Positions 46,130 through 57,923 are shown, counted from the first letter of the stretch. The stretch is 64,000 nucleotides of DNA from an uncultured Candidatus Saccharibacteria bacterium (GCA_964426385.1 CAYRQF010000001.1:102190-166189); one strand, 5' to 3'. The notes: generated by a model from the letters alone, not told the origin. Translations and numbers: made by a program.

Positions 46130-46552
46130 TTATTTTCTCCACTTCTTACCTACATTTATACGATTGAGTTCTTTTTCCATCGCGCTCTGGATGCGAGCGT
46201 AGTCGACATCGGCGACGTTCTGTTCCATCTTCATCGCATCTTGTGCGCGTTTATAAGCATCCTCTGCACGAGAGACGTCGATGTCATGAGCTAGTTCTCC
46301 TCGCTCTGCGAGGATGACGATGGTGTTACCATCGCGGACTTCAAGTATCCCGCCAGAAACTGCGAGTCCAAGTGTCGTCCCGTCTTTGATGAGGTGCGCC
46401 TCGCCAGTCTTGATGGGTGCGATGAGTGGAACGTGTCCGGGTAGAACCGTGATTACACCCTCCTTGGTCGGGATAGTGACAGACGAAATACCAGTGCCGT
46501 CGTACACTATCCTATCTGGCGTAATGATTTTTAATTCAAGAGTGTTATTCAT
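46130..46552 (-). CDS. atpC: F1Fo ATP synthase epsilon subunit
   Basis: 140 aa. The N-terminal beta-sandwich LELKIITPDRIVYDGT...VTIPTKEGVITVLPGHVPL is typical of epsilon. Last gene of the atp operon. Confidence 0.85.
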   Translation of the reverse strand: MNNTLELKIITPDRIVYDGTGISSVTIPTKEGVITVLPGHVPLIAPIKTGEAHLIKDGTTLGLAVSGGILEVRDGNTIVILAERGELAHDIDVSRAEDAYKRAQDAMKMEQNVADVDYARIQSAMEKELNRINVGKKWRK

Positions 46553-46588
46553 ATTCCTTTTCTACATACTACTCACTACCAACTCGTC

Positions 46589-47989
<1,401 letters not shown>

Positions 47990-48889
47990 TTAGTTACTAA
48001 GTTGTGCACTAGCCCCTCCGACGATCTCTGATATCTCCTGCGTAATGGCTGCTTGACGAGCTTGGTTATAGTAGAGCGTCAGGTCAGATAGTATCTCTCC
48101 GGCGTTATCGTTCGCGTTCTTCATCGCGAACATTCTGGCTGAGTGTTCCGATGCCTGAGCTTCCTGGAAGGCATGGAATACAGCGAGAGCAACTGACTGC
48201 GGAACTAACTGGTCGAGAATACTTTGCATGTCCGGCTCAAATTTATATTCTCGCATATCCTTGCTCGGAGTTGTGCCATCTACGCCGGTATCTAATAAGA
48301 AGTTCGAGTAGAGATTCGGCACGATCGGAATGAGTTGCATCATGAACGGTTTGTAACTCATGGCTGACTTCCACTCGGTGTAGAGAACCGAGACCTTGTC
48401 ATAATCCTCCGATTTGAACTTCTCGATTATCATGTCTCGTATGATCAGGAACTCATCTGACGAAGTCTTCTCGGAAAAAGTGACGAAACTCGCGACAATG
48501 TTTAGTCCGTGACGACGTGCAGACTTCTCTGACTGCTTGCCGATAGTTATGGTATCTACTTTACCAACTGACTTTTTCTTATATTCAAGTAGGGCTTTAG
48601 AAATATTCGTGTTGTATGAACCGGCCAGACCCTTGTTCGAAGAGATTACGATAATCAGTTCATTACCGGAAACCTTCTCTTTGGCTCCAAATAACTGGTG
48701 TTCAATATTGGGCTGCTTAGAGATGTGCGACATGAGTTCTATCATGTATGTCGAGTATGCCTTACCACGACTGTTCATCTCAGTAGACTTCTTCATTTTC
48801 GCAACCGAAACCATCTCCATCGTTTTGGTGATTTTCTTGATATTACCGATAGATTTCATTTTCTGCCTGATGGCTTTGGTGTCTGGCAT
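47990..48889 (-). CDS. atpG: F1Fo ATP synthase gamma subunit
   Basis: 299 aa. N-terminal IRQKMKSIGNIKKITKTMEMVSVAKMKK and C-terminal NQARQAAITQEISEIVGGASA are gamma-subunit hallmarks. Confidence 0.85.
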   Translation of the reverse strand: MPDTKAIRQKMKSIGNIKKITKTMEMVSVAKMKKSTEMNSRGKAYSTYMIELMSHISKQPNIEHQLFGAKEKVSGNELIIVISSNKGLAGSYNTNISKALLEYKKKSVGKVDTITIGKQSEKSARRHGLNIVASFVTFSEKTSSDEFLIIRDMIIEKFKSEDYDKVSVLYTEWKSAMSYKPFMMQLIPIVPNLYSNFLLDTGVDGTTPSKDMREYKFEPDMQSILDQLVPQSVALAVFHAFQEAQASEHSARMFAMKNANDNAGEILSDLTLYYNQARQAAITQEISEIVGGASAQLSN

Positions 48890-48892
48890 TTC

Positions 48893-50392
48893 TTATTTCT
48901 TACTCGTCTTCTTGAAAACTTCGAGTGCTTTGGCGAGCTCTGCTTTCGTCTCATCTGTCCAATCTGCGCGGATAGCTTCGAGAAGCTTCGGCTGTGTCGT
49001 ACGCATAAAGTTATGGATCTCTGTCTCAGTCGCAGTCACCGCAGATATCTCAACGTCGTCGAATACTCCGGAGTTAAGTGCGACGATAGATACAACTTGC
49101 TGTGCAACCGGAAGTGGTGAGTACTGTCCCTGCTTTAGGAGCTCTGTTGCTCGCTTACCTCTCTCAATAGTTCTCTTCGTATCAGGATCGAGGTCAGAGT
49201 CAAACTGGGCGAATGACTCGAGTTCTCGATACTGGGCCATGGCGAGCTTGAGTGGGCCGGCGTTCTTCTTCATAGACTTGATCTGTGCAGATCCTCCGAC
49301 GCGAGAAACGGATAGTCCGGCGTTGATAGCAGGACGCACGCCCTTGTAGAAGAGACTCGTCTCGAGGAAAATCTGTCCGTCAGTAATAGAAATGACGTTC
49401 GTTGGGATGTATGCAGAGATATCTCCAGCGAGAGTTTCGATGATTGGGAGCGCTGTGATAGATCCACCACCAGATTTCTCATTACGGCGACATGCTCGCT
49501 CTAGTAGACGTGAGTGCAGATAGAAGACGTCTCCAGGGTATGCCTCGCGCCCTGGTGGACGGCGAAGGAGAAGAGAGATTTCTCGATATGCGATAGCGTG
49601 CTTTGATAGATCATCGTATACGATGAGAACGTCCTCGCCTTTGTCCATAAAATATTCGGCAATAGACACACCAGAGTAAGGTGCGAGGTATAGCATAGCT
49701 GGTGAGTCTGATGCGGCAGCAGAGACGACGACAGTGTAATCCATAGCGCCAGCTTCGGCGAGACGGGATACTATTCGTGCGACTTTGGACTGCTTCTGAC
49801 CGATAGCGACATAAACACACTTTATGCCCTCACCTTTTTGGTTGATGATGGTGTCGATAGCGATAGCTGTTTTACCAGTTTGACGGTCACCGATAATGAG
49901 CTCACGCTGACCACGGCCGACTGGTATCATGGCGTCGATAGCTTTGATACCAGTCTGTAGAGGCTGACCAACAGGTTCGCGGGACATGACTCCAGGAGCG
50001 ATCTTCTCCACGAGTACACGCTTCGTCGCCTTTATAGCGCCTTTGCCGTCTATCTCCTCACCGAGTGGATTCACAACGCGTCCGACGATACTGTCAGACA
50101 CAGGAATAGAGAGAATCTCTTTGGTGCGTGTCACTGACTCGCCCTCACGGATAGCCTTGAACTCTCCGAGGATAATAACTCCAATAAAGTCCTCTTCGAG
50201 ATTGAGAGCGAGACCTGTTGCACCCGACTCGAATTTCAAAAGTTCTGAGGCTTGGACTTCGGGTAGACCGGCAACCTTGGCGATGCCGTCAGATATGGAA
50301 ACAACCACACCGATTTCTTTCTCGACAACTCCTGGCTCAAAGCCAGAAATTTTTGATTTTAAATTTTCGATTAATGATTTTACGTCTTTCAT
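48893..50392 (-). CDS. atpA: F1Fo ATP synthase alpha subunit
   Basis: 499 aa. Walker [16 protein letters not shown]. Conserved alpha signature throughout. Confidence 0.95.
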   Translation of the reverse strand: MKDVKSLIENLKSKISGFEPGVVEKEIGVVVSISDGIAKVAGLPEVQASELLKFESGATGLALNLEEDFIGVIILGEFKAIREGESVTRTKEILSIPVSDSIVGRVVNPLGEEIDGKGAIKATKRVLVEKIAPGVMSREPVGQPLQTGIKAIDAMIPVGRGQRELIIGDRQTGKTAIAIDTIINQKGEGIKCVYVAIGQKQSKVARIVSRLAEAGAMDYTVVVSAAASDSPAMLYLAPYSGVSIAEYFMDKGEDVLIVYDDLSKHAIAYREISLLLRRPPGREAYPGDVFYLHSRLLERACRRNEKSGGGSITALPIIETLAGDISAYIPTNVISITDGQIFLETSLFYKGVRPAINAGLSVSRVGGSAQIKSMKKNAGPLKLAMAQYRELESFAQFDSDLDPDTKRTIERGKRATELLKQGQYSPLPVAQQVVSIVALNSGVFDDVEISAVTATETEIHNFMRTTQPKLLEAIRADWTDETKAELAKALEVFKKTSKK

Positions 50393-50395
50393 ATA

Positions 50396-50779
50396 TTATT
50401 TCATCAGTATGGTTTTTAACTCCCGAAGTTGCCCCTTGATCGACCCGTCGTACTCCTTGCCTCTATACCGTATCAAAAATCCACCTATTAAACTGTTGTC
50501 ATACGTTACGACGACACTGTCCTCAGGTCTCTTCATTATGATCTTTTCGATATCTTTCATGGCAGAAGGTTTCAGCTCGTGAGAAAGTGTGACACTCGCG
50601 GTTTCTAGTTTATCGAGCTCGATACTTTTGCGTTCGAGTGACTCTATAATCATAGGCAACATCGGAGTAAGATGATTCTCTTTGAGAAATCTAAGCAAGT
50701 CATCCACTACAGTTGGTGTAGACTTGTTTGACCTTGCGAGCTGTGTCAGAGCCTCTGCGATTTGCCTAGAGCTTATCAT
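50396..50779 (-). CDS. atpH: F1Fo ATP synthase delta subunit (OSCP)
   Basis: 127 aa (short). Sits between atpF and atpA. SRQIAEALTQLA-type OSCP N-terminus. Confidence 0.7.
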   Translation of the reverse strand: MISSRQIAEALTQLARSNKSTPTVVDDLLRFLKENHLTPMLPMIIESLERKSIELDKLETASVTLSHELKPSAMKDIEKIIMKRPEDSVVVTYDNSLIGGFLIRYRGKEYDGSIKGQLRELKTILMK

Positions 50780-51273
50780 TTCGATGCAACACTACTGTGT
50801 ATCATGGCTTCAACTTTTTTTGCGTCTACCTCTTCTTTGAGAATCTTCTCTAGACCCGTCATGATTAGCTCCACAGAGCGCGCCTTGACCTGAGCTGCGT
50901 GTTGTTCAGCCAACGCCTCTATATCCCTCATAGCATTCTCCTTGATAGCTCTAGAGGCGAGCTCGGCATCAACTTTTGCCGCCTCTATAATCTCAGACTT
51001 CAAAGCCTCTGCTCCCACAAGCATACCTTTTACCTCCATGTGACCATCGGTTAGGATCCTCTCCTTCTCGTGGCCCGCCATCATGAGTTCAGTCTTTGCT
51101 TTCTGTGCGTCGTCGAGACCTGCTTGGATCTTTTCTCGGCGCTCGCGGATAGCGTCACCAATCTTTCTGAAGACGACTTTTCTAAGTAGGAAATAAATGA
51201 TAAGGAAATTTACTAAGTTGGCCAAAGCAACTTTCCAATCAAAACCTAGTTTTCCTAGTACTTCCTCTATCAT
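50776..51273 (-). CDS. atpF: F1Fo ATP synthase subunit b
   Basis: 165 aa. N-terminal TM (LANLVNFLIIYFLL) followed by a long charged helix. Confidence 0.7.
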   Translation of the reverse strand: MIEEVLGKLGFDWKVALANLVNFLIIYFLLRKVVFRKIGDAIRERREKIQAGLDDAQKAKTELMMAGHEKERILTDGHMEVKGMLVGAEALKSEIIEAAKVDAELASRAIKENAMRDIEALAEQHAAQVKARSVELIMTGLEKILKEEVDAKKVEAMIHSSVASK

Positions 51274-51279
51274 AGATAT

Positions 51280-51495
51280 TTAGATGATGAAGAATGCGAC
51301 GAGTGCGTAGATGGCTGTTGATTCACAGATGGCCATAGCGACGATCATCTTTGGGAAGATAGAATCACCCACTTCTGGATTTCTACCAATTGCATCCATT
51401 GCTTTTGCAGCTACCCACGCCTCTGATGGCGCTGTTGCGAGCATAGAAAGGATGATTAATGCCTTTGCGATGTACTTTGTTGACTCTAGTTCCAT
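51280..51495 (-). CDS. atpE: F1Fo ATP synthase subunit c
   Basis: 71 aa. Two-TM hairpin with the conserved carboxylate in ICESTAIYALVAFFI. Confidence 0.8.
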   Translation of the reverse strand: MELESTKYIAKALIILSMLATAPSEAWVAAKAMDAIGRNPEVGDSIFPKMIVAMAICESTAIYALVAFFII

Positions 51496-51525
51496 ATATA
51501 TTTCTTTAAATTAATAATTTATAAA

Positions 51526-52326
51526 CTAACTTTGCCTACCGGGCTCTGGACCGGCAGCTTGCATATAAAACACAGTGATTAGTGACCCAAATACGATTGT
51601 TTGAACCAGTGACCCTAGTAGTCCGAATGCAATCCAAAAAGAAGGCACTGCAAATGCAAATATACCTATCAAGACTGTCGTAAGCACATCACCGGCATAC
51701 AAGTTACCAAAGAGACGCAATGAAACGGAAGCTACCTTCGCTATTTCACCCACGATATCAAGACAAGCAATAAGAATAGTAACAAACATAAATATAGGCG
51801 CAAGTACCCCCTTTGTCGCGTCCACTCGCAACTGTTTTACAGGAATGTATTTATTTAGATGACCAAGTATTCCAAAATCCTTTATCGAAACAAGCTGAAG
51901 AACAATCAGGGCACCTAATGCCAACCCAAAGGTGGTATTGAAGTCTCCGGTCGCCGTACGAAAAAGTGTGGCACCATCAAATGTAATACTTGATAGGCCA
52001 GGTATCATGCCGATATAGTTTGATACGCCGACGAAAATAAATATTGACGCGATTATTGGAAAGACCCGCTCTGCATGATATTCACTATTTGTTATGGTGC
52101 GGATCTGTGCCGATACAGCCTCGTATACAATCTCAAAAAAAGCTTGTATTTTTCCTGGAACCAAACTTTTTTTTCTAAAAGCCAGTGCTGTAAAAATCCC
52201 CAGGATAAGGACAATCAGCACCATAAAAAGCGTAGAGTTAGCGATAGGAAATCCACCAATATCAAAAATAACCGACGGCTCTATCGTGGCAATATCTCTC
52301 TTGAAACTAAAAATTTCTTTTTCCAT
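51526..52326 (-). CDS. atpB: F1Fo ATP synthase subunit a
   Basis: 266 aa polytopic protein. Conserved essential Arg in LSLRLFGNLYAGDV. Confidence 0.85.
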   Translation of the reverse strand: MEKEIFSFKRDIATIEPSVIFDIGGFPIANSTLFMVLIVLILGIFTALAFRKKSLVPGKIQAFFEIVYEAVSAQIRTITNSEYHAERVFPIIASIFIFVGVSNYIGMIPGLSSITFDGATLFRTATGDFNTTFGLALGALIVLQLVSIKDFGILGHLNKYIPVKQLRVDATKGVLAPIFMFVTILIACLDIVGEIAKVASVSLRLFGNLYAGDVLTTVLIGIFAFAVPSFWIAFGLLGSLVQTIVFGSLITVFYMQAAGPEPGRQS

Positions 52327-52331
52327 AAATT

Positions 52332-52658
52332 TTACTCTTCTGTCTGTTCGGCTTCTTTCATCGCCTTGCGCACCTCCCTGTATTCTTTGGTAACCCTGCG
52401 GCTATTTCTATACACGAGGATCCACGAGAATATGAAGGATACAAGTAGTAAAGCAAGGGTAATTTTTTTATTTGTTCCATATCTACCGTCTAGATATTTA
52501 CCTAGGAATAACGCAGTAAATGCAGGTATGCCAAAAAGCGGTATATTGATGAGCGAGTTAGTAAACATCTTGCTCGTTACCTTGTGGTAAACTTCTGGAA
52601 TTTTTTGAGGTTTTTTTTCTTCCATAAAAACATAAAAGACCCTCGCTGAGTCGTGCAT
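52332..52658 (-). CDS. AtpZ/AtpI-like small membrane protein at the head of the atp operon
   Basis: 108 aa with two TM segments, immediately upstream of atpB. The position and topology are typical of AtpI/AtpZ. Confidence 0.45.
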   Translation of the reverse strand: MHDSARVFYVFMEEKKPQKIPEVYHKVTSKMFTNSLINIPLFGIPAFTALFLGKYLDGRYGTNKKITLALLLVSFIFSWILVYRNSRRVTKEYREVRKAMKEAEQTEE

Positions 52659-52761
52659 AGTATACTCTGTTTTAGAATTATTGCCACATGTTAATGTTAA
52701 TCTTTAAATGGTTGACATTATCCATATTTTATGCTACTATTATAGACAAACCCCCTTAACA

Positions 52762-53406
52762 ATGCGCACCATTTACATCACTCTCTGTCTCGTCCTGACC
52801 CTATGCTTCAACGCTGCAAATGCGCAGCATCTGACGCAGGCATCGAAAAACGGACTACTCGAGTCCGCTGACAGTGCCTACGCTCGAATGAAGTACAACG
52901 TTCCCACCAAGCTCTTGCTTGAGAAGCTGACTTATTTCACGGATACCCTCAAGTGGGATTCCACTACTATCAGGCGCGTCGTGTTTTCCCTGGGGCATTT
53001 CGAATCCCACGGTAAGATCGAGGCTGTCAGTGCCGATGGCAAGGATCATGGCTGGCTACAAGTACGCGAGTCTACGGTCACGGAACATTTCCGAAAGATG
53101 CCTGGAAAGGCTGAGCCAACCTTCACAGCCGCAGACCTCTCCAATCCCGCCAATGGACACGATCTTGTTTGGGCTAAGCCTCTTGAGCTGCTGAACGAGA
53201 TCAGCAGGAAACGAAAGCTTGATAACTTTCGTGACATTGTGGGCGTATGGTGTTCAGGTTGGGGCGGATACAATCGTAACCCTGGTGCGACCGACTATCA
53301 CTTCGAAAAGTTCACATTTACCTTCAACCAAGGAATGGGACTGATGGAAGAGGATGGTCGTGCACAGATCTGTAACCCGATCCCTGGCACAGTCCTGCTT
53401 CAATAG
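52762..53406 (+). CDS. Hypothetical secreted protein (start taken at MRTIYITLCLVLTLCFNAANA, a signal peptide), GC-rich
   Basis: Signal peptide. Noticeably higher GC than its neighbours. No firm family assignment. Confidence 0.4.
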   Translation: MRTIYITLCLVLTLCFNAANAQHLTQASKNGLLESADSAYARMKYNVPTKLLLEKLTYFTDTLKWDSTTIRRVVFSLGHFESHGKIEAVSADGKDHGWLQVRESTVTEHFRKMPGKAEPTFTAADLSNPANGHDLVWAKPLELLNEISRKRKLDNFRDIVGVWCSGWGGYNRNPGATDYHFEKFTFTFNQGMGLMEEDGRAQICNPIPGTVLLQ

Positions 53407-53430
53407 CGAAGCATCGCACACCCCCTTGAA

Positions 53431-53466
53431 GAAAGCCCCGGCATGATGTCGGGGTTTTCCATTTCA
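53431..53466 (+). terminator. Rho-independent terminator (CCCCGGCATGATGTCGGGG followed by TTTTCCATTTC)
   Basis: GC stem plus T-tract downstream of ORF 52762..53406 and upstream of the tRNA. Confidence 0.6.
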
Positions 53467-53512
53467 AAAAATATTGTAATAATCAGTCTTTTTTGCTATA
53501 TTACTTCGCATC

Positions 53513-53587
53513 GCGCGTGTAGTTCAGTGGTAGAACGCTGTCCTGATAAGACAGAGGCCGAAAGTTCGATTCTTTCCACGCGCACCA
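53513..53587 (+). tRNA. tRNA-Ile (anticodon GAT), CCA encoded
   Basis: Manual fold. Acceptor GCGCGTG/CACGCGC. D-arm AGTTCAGTGGTAGAACG. Anticodon stem CTGTC/GACAG with loop CTGATAA (anticodon GAT). T-arm GAAAG-TTCGATT-CTTTC. 3' discriminator A plus CCA. Confidence 0.85.
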
Positions 53588-53588
53588 A

Positions 53589-54314
53589 ATGGATCAAGAA
53601 TCTCGTTGGCTACTTGCCGACAAATACGGCGGTAAAGAGTCGGACGAGTTCCGACAGGATATTTTACGTCTCGAGAACGGCGAGCCTCTCGCTTATGTTA
53701 TAGGTTGGACGCCTTTCCTTCATACGAAAATATATCTAGACTCTCATCCGCTTATCCCCCGACCTGAGACAGAATACTGGGTCTCTGTCGCCATCAAAGA
53801 ATTGCAAAGTAAGGGAATTAAAAATCCGAAGGTTCTGGATCTTTGTGCGGGGTCCGGATGCATCGGTGTCGCAGTTCTAAAAGCGGTCCCGGAAGCCACA
53901 GTACACTTCGCTGAAATAGATACAACCCACCACGAAACCATAGAGAAAAATATACTGGCAAATGATATTACTCGAACTCTTACCAAAATATTTAACGGCG
54001 ACTTATTTGAAAACATAACGGATAAGTATGATCTCATACTCACCAATCCTCCATATATTGACCCTACACTTTCCGATCGAGTTGAGGCGAGTGTGACCGC
54101 TCACGAACCCGATGTAGCACTCTGGGGTGGCGCAGGAGGCATGGAAGTCATCGATCGTATCATCGTAGAAGCTCCGAAGCATCTAAACTCAGGAGGTGTT
54201 CTATATATCGAGCATGAACCTGAAAAAGCGGGACACATAGCAAAGCTTTGCCCTGGTGCACAGCCACACGAAGACCAATTCGGAGTGATTCGTTTCTCTA
54301 GAATCCAGTTTTAA
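53589..54314 (+). CDS. prmC: Release factor glutamine N5-methyltransferase (HemK family)
   Basis: 241 aa. SAM motif [12 protein letters not shown] and the NPPY catalytic motif (LTNPPYI). Starts 1 nt after the tRNA. Its 3' end overlaps convergent prfA by 4 nt. Confidence 0.8.
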   Translation: MDQESRWLLADKYGGKESDEFRQDILRLENGEPLAYVIGWTPFLHTKIYLDSHPLIPRPETEYWVSVAIKELQSKGIKNPKVLDLCAGSGCIGVAVLKAVPEATVHFAEIDTTHHETIEKNILANDITRTLTKIFNGDLFENITDKYDLILTNPPYIDPTLSDRVEASVTAHEPDVALWGGAGGMEVIDRIIVEAPKHLNSGGVLYIEHEPEKAGHIAKLCPGAQPHEDQFGVIRFSRIQF

Positions 54315-55300
54315 TCATCACCAACATCGTCTGCTGGAGTGTATCCACCAGAAAGCCTCTCTGTTGTCGTTTCGATAATATCGTCGAGCTGACCGTTTAA
54401 GATAAGCGGGATATTAGACCATGACTCTTTGATACGATGGTCTGTGACACGATCCTGTGGGAAGTTATAGGTACGGATTTTCTCTGACCTGTCCCCTGTT
54501 CCGATTTGTGAGGCACGGTCTGCAGAATACTTCCTCGCTTCTTCTTCGTCTTTCATCTGCTGGAGGCGAGACTTGAGGAGTGTCATGGCTCGTTCACGGT
54601 TGGCTAGCTGACTCCTCTCAACAGTTGAACGCACATCGATACCAGTAGGTTTGTGGATGATACGAACTGCGGATTCAACTTTGTTGACGTTCTGACCACC
54701 TGCCCCACCAGCACGCGAGGTTTCAAATTCTAGATCAGACTCGGGTATAACGATGGTTGTTTTCTTGAAAAGGGGCAGAACTGCAACAGATGCAGTCGAG
54801 GTATGGATACGGCCCTGCTTCTCTGTAGCTGGGATACGCTGTACACGATGGACACCAGTCTCGAATCGCAGTCTCCTGTACACGTCTTTACCATGGAATT
54901 CGAATGACGCTTCCTTGTAACCCCCGATATCGTTCTGGGATTCGTAATCTGTCTTCCATGTAAAACCCTGCTTTTCGCCGTACCGCTGATACATCTCGGC
55001 GAGCTGTCTAGCGAATAGAGCTGCTTCGTCACCTCCAGCACCGGCTCTAACTTCGAGAATAACTTCGTTCGGGAATTTCTCTTCTTCACGCTCAGCGTTC
55101 ATGATAGTCTCGACTTGGGACTCTATAACAGCACGCTCGGCACTAACACGAGAGATCTCTTCATCTGCGAGTTCCTTCATCGAGGGGTCGGCTTCGAGCA
55201 TCTCACGAGCACTTTTTTCTTCATTCAAAAGCCTCTGGATTTCACTTCCGAGGTATGCTGTACGGTGATTCTGTTTTACTTCTTCTAAGTCATATTTCAT
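54311..55300 (-). CDS. prfA: Peptide chain release factor 1
   Basis: 329 aa. GGQ motif ([19 protein letters not shown]) and the PxT-type RF1 decoding region ([15 protein letters not shown]). Confidence 0.9.
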   Translation of the reverse strand: MKYDLEEVKQNHRTAYLGSEIQRLLNEEKSAREMLEADPSMKELADEEISRVSAERAVIESQVETIMNAEREEEKFPNEVILEVRAGAGGDEAALFARQLAEMYQRYGEKQGFTWKTDYESQNDIGGYKEASFEFHGKDVYRRLRFETGVHRVQRIPATEKQGRIHTSTASVAVLPLFKKTTIVIPESDLEFETSRAGGAGGQNVNKVESAVRIIHKPTGIDVRSTVERSQLANRERAMTLLKSRLQQMKDEEEARKYSADRASQIGTGDRSEKIRTYNFPQDRVTDHRIKESWSNIPLILNGQLDDIIETTTERLSGGYTPADDVGDD

Positions 55301-55374
55301 GCTCTTAAATCTTACATCCTAAATCTTAAATCCCAAAACAAAAGGCGCTCATTAAGAGCCCCTTTTGTTTTAAA

Positions 55375-55650
55375 CTATTTAGCCGCTTTCTTGGCTTTGG
55401 TGCCTGTTGCTGCTGCTCGCTTCTTGAACTTGTCGACTCGTCCTGCCGTGTCGAGAACGGTTTCTTTACCTGTATAGAATGGGTGTGAGGCGCTAGAGAT
55501 TTCGACTTTGTACATGTCGTATTCTTTGCCATCTTCCCACTTGCCCTTTTCAGTCGTAGCGATAACAGACCCGATCAAGTATTGGGTGCCGTTAGAAACA
55601 TCTTGGAATATGACATTTCGGTAGTTTTTTGGGTGGATTTCTTTCTTCAT
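55375..55650 (-). CDS. rpmE: 50S ribosomal protein L31, type B (no Zn-ribbon cysteines)
   Basis: Start trimmed to [21 protein letters not shown]...HPFYTGK (canonical L31). The 28 codons upstream in the track ORF run into hairpin H2 and are unlikely to be coding. Confidence 0.85.
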   Translation of the reverse strand: MKKEIHPKNYRNVIFQDVSNGTQYLIGSVIATTEKGKWEDGKEYDMYKVEISSASHPFYTGKETVLDTAGRVDKFKKRAAATGTKAKKAAK

Positions 55651-55686
55651 AAAAAGGATATTAGCACACGGTTTATAGACAATCAA

Positions 55687-55755
55687 GCCCCCACACCTAT
55701 ATTTTGGTAGCGCAACGCGCGTCCTCTGGGACAATCAAAATATAGGTGTGGGGGC
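55687..55755. repeat. Long-stem hairpin H2: perfect 20-bp arms GCCCCCACACCTATATTTTG / CAAAATATAGGTGTGGGGGC around a 29-nt GC-rich loop
   Basis: Read directly from the sequence. On the minus-strand transcript it lies about 35 nt upstream of the rpmE start and downstream of the 463-aa gene. Shares the CCCCCACACCTA arm with H1. Confidence 0.65.
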
Positions 55756-55797
55756 AAGCCCTTTCGCTATGACCCAAGACCTATTTCCTGTAACCTC

Positions 55798-57189
55798 TTA
55801 TATACCCTCGAGAATATCGATACTGGCCTGGATAGTCGCAACATGAGTCATAACCGCATTACCATAAAAGGCATTCGTCACGCCCGGTGCAGAGCAACCT
55901 CGGCCAGAATAGTACTTGCAGGCTGCTTCACGCTCTGCGGTATAGGTCTTGGCTCCAGCACCTAGATCCATGAGGTAGAGTGACGTAGCAGTGATGGCGT
56001 GCTGAGGGTTCCAAGGATTCGCCACAGAGACTCCGAGTGCCGCCTCGATACGCTGATCATAAGACTCCCATGTAGCTGGAATGAACTGTGACGGACCCAT
56101 CGCGCCTCCCCATCCACCGATAGCGAGTGGACATGATAGTGGTTGTCCTTCAGGACTGATACCCAGCCTCTCAGTGATACGGAGAAATGCTGACTGATCG
56201 TCACGCCATGATCCTGATGTCGGACCCGGCATGATGTCCTTCCAGGTTCTAGCATCCCCCACACGATTACATGTACCAACATTGGCTCCGAGATTAGACT
56301 CTTGTTTCAAGATTGCGAGAATAAATGCTGGTCTGACTCCAGACTTACTACCAGCAAGCTTCGCCATATCATAAGCCTCTCCGAATGGAATAGGTCCAGC
56401 GCCGCGGAATCTAAAGAGTTCAGCACGTATTTTCGACGCCTGAGCTTGTCTATCTTTTAGGACCTGGGCATACTCAGCCTCTTTGTTCTTACTTATAGAG
56501 AGGAGTGTCTTCTGTTCTTTCTCGCTCGCTTCTACGAGTGCTTTCTGTTTCTCTATCTCAGCCTTGGCATCCATCTCTTCGTCCTGCTTGGTCTCGAGCT
56601 CTTTCTTCACCCCCTCGGTCCTCTCACGAACGCTTTTGATCTGTTCGACAGAGTTGTTTACTGAGCGTTTGACGGATGAGAAAGTATCGACGTCGGCATA
56701 AAAGTCAGATATAGATGAAGCACCAAGCATCGCGTGAGCAAAAGTGATTCTGTCCATCTCGTCGGTTTTTCTTATGAGTTGGCCGAGAGATTCTTTGCCC
56801 TTCTCTATATCGCTGTTGAGACTAGTGATGGTATCGGTTTTACTTTTGATGTCCTTGCTTATTTTTTTGATTTCGACGTCCTTCTGGTTAACCTTCTTCT
56901 TGGCAGCGTCGATACGACTACGAAGTACGGAGATGTCGCGAGTAAGCGAGGCAGACTGATTCTTCTGACCATTTAGGACTACTTCCTGTGCCTTGATCTC
57001 CGCTTCACAGACCTTGAGGATTTCTTCGAGTTCTGCATCAGATTTGCCAGCGATATTACCATCACAGACTGCCGCCTCAGCGAATCTGCCAGCAGATAGC
57101 GTTCCTAAAATTAATAAAAGCATTATGCCCATGAGCACAATGCCTTTATTAATTACGCGTTTATTACTTTTGTTGATTAGAAATAACAT
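55798..57189 (-). CDS. Secreted coiled-coil protein with a C-terminal lytic murein transglycosylase (MltB/GH103-like) domain
   Basis: 463 aa. Signal/TM, then about 250 aa of heptad-rich coiled coil, then AILKQESNLG and GAMGPSQFIPATW motifs typical of MltB-family lytic transglycosylases. Confidence 0.65.
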   Translation of the reverse strand: MLFLINKSNKRVINKGIVLMGIMLLLILGTLSAGRFAEAAVCDGNIAGKSDAELEEILKVCEAEIKAQEVVLNGQKNQSASLTRDISVLRSRIDAAKKKVNQKDVEIKKISKDIKSKTDTITSLNSDIEKGKESLGQLIRKTDEMDRITFAHAMLGASSISDFYADVDTFSSVKRSVNNSVEQIKSVRERTEGVKKELETKQDEEMDAKAEIEKQKALVEASEKEQKTLLSISKNKEAEYAQVLKDRQAQASKIRAELFRFRGAGPIPFGEAYDMAKLAGSKSGVRPAFILAILKQESNLGANVGTCNRVGDARTWKDIMPGPTSGSWRDDQSAFLRITERLGISPEGQPLSCPLAIGGWGGAMGPSQFIPATWESYDQRIEAALGVSVANPWNPQHAITATSLYLMDLGAGAKTYTAEREAACKYYSGRGCSAPGVTNAFYGNAVMTHVATIQASIDILEGI

Positions 57190-57223
57190 AATGAAAGATC
57201 TGCAAAAACTATTCCACTACGAA

Positions 57224-57871
57224 TTACTTCGTTTCAGTGGCTTCTCCTTCTCCTTCAACTTCTTTCTTGCCTTTCGCCTCTACTTCGATAGTAGAGAGAT
57301 CAGGAGCGACAGTCGCCTCCTCTACTTCCTCTTTGGCCAATACGATAGATGCCACAACGGCCTCAGTATCCTCTAGGAATCGGACGCCCTCTGGGAGTTT
57401 CAGGTCTTTGAGTGCGATAACTGACTCGTTAGTCTCGAGAGCGGTGATATCAACCTCTATGTCATGAGGTACGTTCTTAGGGAGAGCGGCAACCTTAACT
57501 TCGTGCATAACTTTGACAAGAATAGCTCCGCCTTTGACCGCAGCTGACTCACCGACGAACTCGAATGGTACGTCAACTTCGATTTCCTTGGTCATGTCGA
57601 CAGATAGGAAGTCTATGTGGATAGGCTCGTTCGTCACAGGGTCATGCTGGACCTCGTGAATAAGAGCGTCAAAAGACCCTGATGGAGTAGCAAGTGTAAG
57701 GGTATTGGTTTCGCCAACTTCCCTAAAAGCCTTTATAAAATCAGTCTTTTTGATAGCTAGTGAAGTGGCGTCCTTCTTAAAACCGTAAAAAACAGCTGGG
57801 ATGTTTCCAGTGCTTCTGACCTCTGCGTTCTTTTGATTTTTGTCCCTTATTTGGGCATTCAGTGTTGTCAT
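57224..57871 (-). CDS. rplY: 50S ribosomal protein L25 / general stress protein Ctc
   Basis: 215 aa. LNAQIRDKNQKNAEVRSTGNIPAVFYG is the L25 N-domain. Acidic C-terminal extension. Confidence 0.85.
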   Translation of the reverse strand: MTTLNAQIRDKNQKNAEVRSTGNIPAVFYGFKKDATSLAIKKTDFIKAFREVGETNTLTLATPSGSFDALIHEVQHDPVTNEPIHIDFLSVDMTKEIEVDVPFEFVGESAAVKGGAILVKVMHEVKVAALPKNVPHDIEVDITALETNESVIALKDLKLPEGVRFLEDTEAVVASIVLAKEEVEEATVAPDLSTIEVEAKGKKEVEGEGEATETK

Positions 57872-57923
57872 ATCCCGAAAGTATAAATTAAAGCCTGCCT
57901 AAAGGCAAGTTGTGACATGGTTA

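Noticed and set aside
48537-50582. Plus-strand ORFs (270 aa, 140 aa, 198 aa and others) overlapping atpG/atpA/atpH
   Set aside because: They lie antisense to highly conserved ATP synthase genes. No independent support.
53443-53703. 86-aa ORF overlapping the tRNA-Ile gene
   Set aside because: It runs straight through a canonical tRNA and into prmC in another frame. Artefact.
55340-55372. Possible terminator hairpin (AAAAGGCGCTCATTAAGAGCCCCTTTT) downstream of rpmE
   Set aside because: The stem has a central C-C mismatch. Plausible but weak, so it is not listed as a feature.
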